NCBI GenBank assembly: GCA_963775895.1
Contig: CAVZKL010000017.1
Location: 160,001-224,000 of the forward strand
Length of the DNA: 64,000 nt
Direction: 5' to 3'
Origin: Candidatus Bathyarchaeota archaeon
GTDB lineage: Archaea; Thermoproteota; Bathyarchaeia; Bathyarchaeales; Bathycorpusculaceae
A program made the translations under genes and the position numbers. Of the stretch, positions 61,396 through 64,000 are shown one piece after another (positions within the stretch are counted from its first letter, which is position 1; each line of letters opens with the position of its first letter). The notes below the pieces were generated by a model, which was not told the origin of the DNA, did no database searches, and was given only the letters and a program-made list of their open reading frames with translations.

Positions 61396-62475
61396 TTATT
61401 TGAAGCTTGTTTTCTCATCAACACGCGTAACTATGCCTTTTATGCCCAGCCATTGCATGGCGCCAAAACCGATGAAGAACCTCAACCACAGGGTCAACAA
61501 ACGCGTCAAAATTGTCACGGTCGCGCTGACAAGCCCAGGCACACCGAACGCGATGAGCAACGTCGTCAAGGTTATCTCGGGAAGACCCACCTCAAAGGGA
61601 ACCCCTATAGGTATGGATTTAACGCCTACGAAGATCGAAGTTACCACGATTATTGCGACCAAGCTGATCTGAGTGTAACCGATTGACAGGAATGTGAAAT
61701 AGAAGATCAGGATAGACATCAGCCATGCCACTACGGAACAGGACACTGCGATCATCAGGGTCTTGGGGGCATGAATATACTCTCTTATTGCAACGTGAAA
61801 AGCTTTGTGAATTTCGACAACTTCTTCCCGGAACGTCGCAAGCTTGACGCGTCCCCTGCTGATCCACTCCACGAATCTGATCAGACCGTCGAGCATACGA
61901 AAAGTCCATCGTTCTTTGAAACTAAAAGAAAGTATCAGTACGAAAAAAAGACAAATTACTGTTATCAAAAAGAGCATCAGACTGAGAAGCATGCCATAAA
62001 GAAGACTTTGTAGAAGAAGAAACACCGCCCCCGCTAACAGCGTGCCCAGGTTTATCGCCATTCCGATCAGTCTTTGAGCCACCACGGATGCCGTCGCCCT
62101 GCCAGCAGTTCCATCTTGCGCCTTGTTCACGTAGTAGATCCTGGCAAGCTCTCCGCTAACGGATTCGGCCGGAATCAGCGTGTCAACGAATATACTTACC
62201 CACACGAGCGCAACAGACTTCGACAAGGAGAGCTCCACAGAAAGAAACCTGAGTAGTGAATACCAAGCAAGTGCGAAGAAAAACACGTCTAGCATGGATA
62301 CGATCACTGCGACCATGTAGCGTTGCAGATTCACTCGACTAATTGCATTGGCTATGTCCTGGATCGGGACATTGAATATGTATACGTAGACGAAGAAGGC
62401 TACCAGACCGATTATGGGCAGGAGCAGAGTTCTCCGAGTGACTCTGTATCTTGGAACGGTCAAAACACTTCGCAC
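61396..62475 (-). CDS. UPF0104 / lysylphosphatidylglycerol synthase TM (flippase-like) protein
   Basis: 'IP...VSGE.AR', 'ASV..QR', 'G.PE', 'RL.T.W'; multiple TM helices. Confidence 0.85.
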   Translation of the reverse strand: MRSVLTVPRYRVTRRTLLLPIIGLVAFFVYVYIFNVPIQDIANAISRVNLQRYMVAVIVSMLDVFFFALAWYSLLRFLSVELSLSKSVALVWVSIFVDTLIPAESVSGELARIYYVNKAQDGTAGRATASVVAQRLIGMAINLGTLLAGAVFLLLQSLLYGMLLSLMLFLITVICLFFVLILSFSFKERWTFRMLDGLIRFVEWISRGRVKLATFREEVVEIHKAFHVAIREYIHAPKTLMIAVSCSVVAWLMSILIFYFTFLSIGYTQISLVAIIVVTSIFVGVKSIPIGVPFEVGLPEITLTTLLIAFGVPGLVSATVTILTRLLTLWLRFFIGFGAMQWLGIKGIVTRVDEKTSFK

Positions 62476-62835
62476 CTTATCAATGAAGGCAAAGAGACCG
62501 ATACCTGCATTATATATTTTGCCAGTTTCTCGGTATTAAGAACACGTTCGCGTGAAATTCCCAGAAGGACTCGAGTACTAAACACGTTGACGCGGCCGTA
62601 CGAGAATTGGACCTAGCAAAAAGCAACGTGTCGAAAAGAAAACCAAAGAAGGTGCTTCGCGGGGCAGAAAGAGAAAGAATATTCTCGTGCTAGTACATCG
62701 GAGGAAAAGTTTCTCGAAAATGTCCAAACGTCGCAGACAGGCGCTATCCACAGTAACTTCCTGACCTCTTTGAAGCCTTGAAATTTCTTAAATATTACGA
62801 ACGTGTGGAGTCATTGAGCAAAGGTAGAATGCGAT

Positions 62836-63867
62836 ATGTCAACGATTGTCAGAGAGATTGAACTTAAAAGAATTCATCCCTCAAAGCTCAACCCGAGGCT
62901 TGAGATGAACGTAGCCCGACTCGGTGAATTGGCATCAAGCATAAAGGAAGTGGGACTTCTCCAGCCGATTATTGTGAGACCAGTGGAAGAAGACTATGAA
63001 GTTGTTCTCGGTGAAAGGAGATACAGAGCCTCACAACAAGCAGGACTAACAAAAATACCTACGATCGTTCGAGATTACACCGATGACGAAGTTGTTCAAC
63101 TAAATCTCGTTGAAAACATTCAAAGGGAAGAGTTGAGCGCCATAGAAAAGGGGCAAGTCTGCAAATACCTTCTCGAAAATTGCGCAGACAAATATCCTTC
63201 GCAAACCTCCGTGGCGAAGAAAATAGGCGTAAGCGCCGAAGCAGTCTCACTCTGGCTGCACGCAGTCGAGATCGTACCCAAAGAAGCACAACAATACATT
63301 GCTCCTTCTGCACTTTCTGGAGAGGTGCCAGAGGGGAAGATCGACTACTCAACAGCCGTGAAAATAGGCCGCTCAGTTGAAGAACCCGAGAGACAGGTTG
63401 AGCTGATCAAAAAGCTGGCCGAGAAGAAACTTCCGAAAAAAGATAGGACACAAGTCATTGAAAAAATATCAACGCAACCCGAAAAGAGTGTTGAACAAGC
63501 AATCAAGGAAATCGTAGAAACACCGTACGAAATGCAGTTTGAAGCCGTTGACAAGGAGCCGCTGCTAAAGGGAATAAAAACCCAGACTTCAAGAACAGAT
63601 ATTCCTAACGCGAGAGTCAAAACGGGCTCGATCGTGCGTGCTGTTGTCTGGGAACCGAACGTCGCTGATCTGCGCATAACATCAATCGAAAGGAAGAAAC
63701 TCAAATATTTCAATGATGAAGACGCCAAAAGAGAAGGCGGTTACACTCTAGAACAATTCAAGAAAGTTTGGAAGAAAACCCACGGCGAATGGGACGAAGA
63801 TCAACTGGTCTACGTCATTCTTTTTGAAAAACTAAACACTAACCTCCGTTCGCCCACAATTGACTGA
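62836..63867 (+). CDS. ParB/Spo0J-family protein with C-terminal ASCH domain
   Basis: 'LASSIKEVGLLQPIIVR', 'GERRYRA', 'ENIQRE.L', HTH; C-terminal 'G.KTQT.R...DA.REG....F...W....V.VI.F'. Confidence 0.88.
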   Translation: MSTIVREIELKRIHPSKLNPRLEMNVARLGELASSIKEVGLLQPIIVRPVEEDYEVVLGERRYRASQQAGLTKIPTIVRDYTDDEVVQLNLVENIQREELSAIEKGQVCKYLLENCADKYPSQTSVAKKIGVSAEAVSLWLHAVEIVPKEAQQYIAPSALSGEVPEGKIDYSTAVKIGRSVEEPERQVELIKKLAEKKLPKKDRTQVIEKISTQPEKSVEQAIKEIVETPYEMQFEAVDKEPLLKGIKTQTSRTDIPNARVKTGSIVRAVVWEPNVADLRITSIERKKLKYFNDEDAKREGGYTLEQFKKVWKKTHGEWDEDQLVYVILFEKLNTNLRSPTID

Positions 63868-64000
63868 CTCGTCCTAGAGAAGAACTGTCGCGGTTGCGAT
63901 TGAGCAGAAATCACTCAAACTCGGTCCCATCAGACAATGTACCTGTCGGATTTCTCAAAATCCTTGACGATTTCCATAACCCTCTTCGGCACATTGACCG

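Noticed and set aside
1-64000. CRISPR array, rRNA or IS element
   Set aside because: No regularly spaced repeats, rRNA-like sequence or transposase motifs were found on reading.

Overview
Archaeal chromosomal segment, most likely Bathyarchaeia/TACK. This is inferred from the gene set: a single-OB-fold SSB, the aIF1A/aIF2-beta/Rio1/Dim2 cluster, a PolB2 operon, a Fae domain and a C25-NosD-CARDB-dockerin surface protein. It holds about 55 protein genes and one tRNA-His(GTG). I saw no CRISPR array, rRNA, transposase or integrase. About 16 apparent single-base frameshifts split otherwise intact genes and are most probably sequencing or assembly indels. The most notable observations are: (1) a DapA/NAL-family class I aldolase lacking the DHDPS substrate Arg and fused to an intact formaldehyde-activating enzyme (Fae), divergent from a conserved-looking protein of unknown function, which is a candidate formaldehyde-channelling C1 pathway; (2) a ~85-bp non-coding element present twice in inverted orientation 18.5 kb apart, with a 49-bp identical core, a 28-bp imperfect palindrome and an ORB-like G-string; (3) a ParB CTPase-ASCH fusion; (4) a candidate ~95-nt structured ncRNA with its own TATA box and T-run; (5) a wHTH/wHTH/MinD-ParA module; (6) a membrane LonB with a LonA-type active-site motif in an apparent operon with an Hjc-like nuclease and an ABC exporter.
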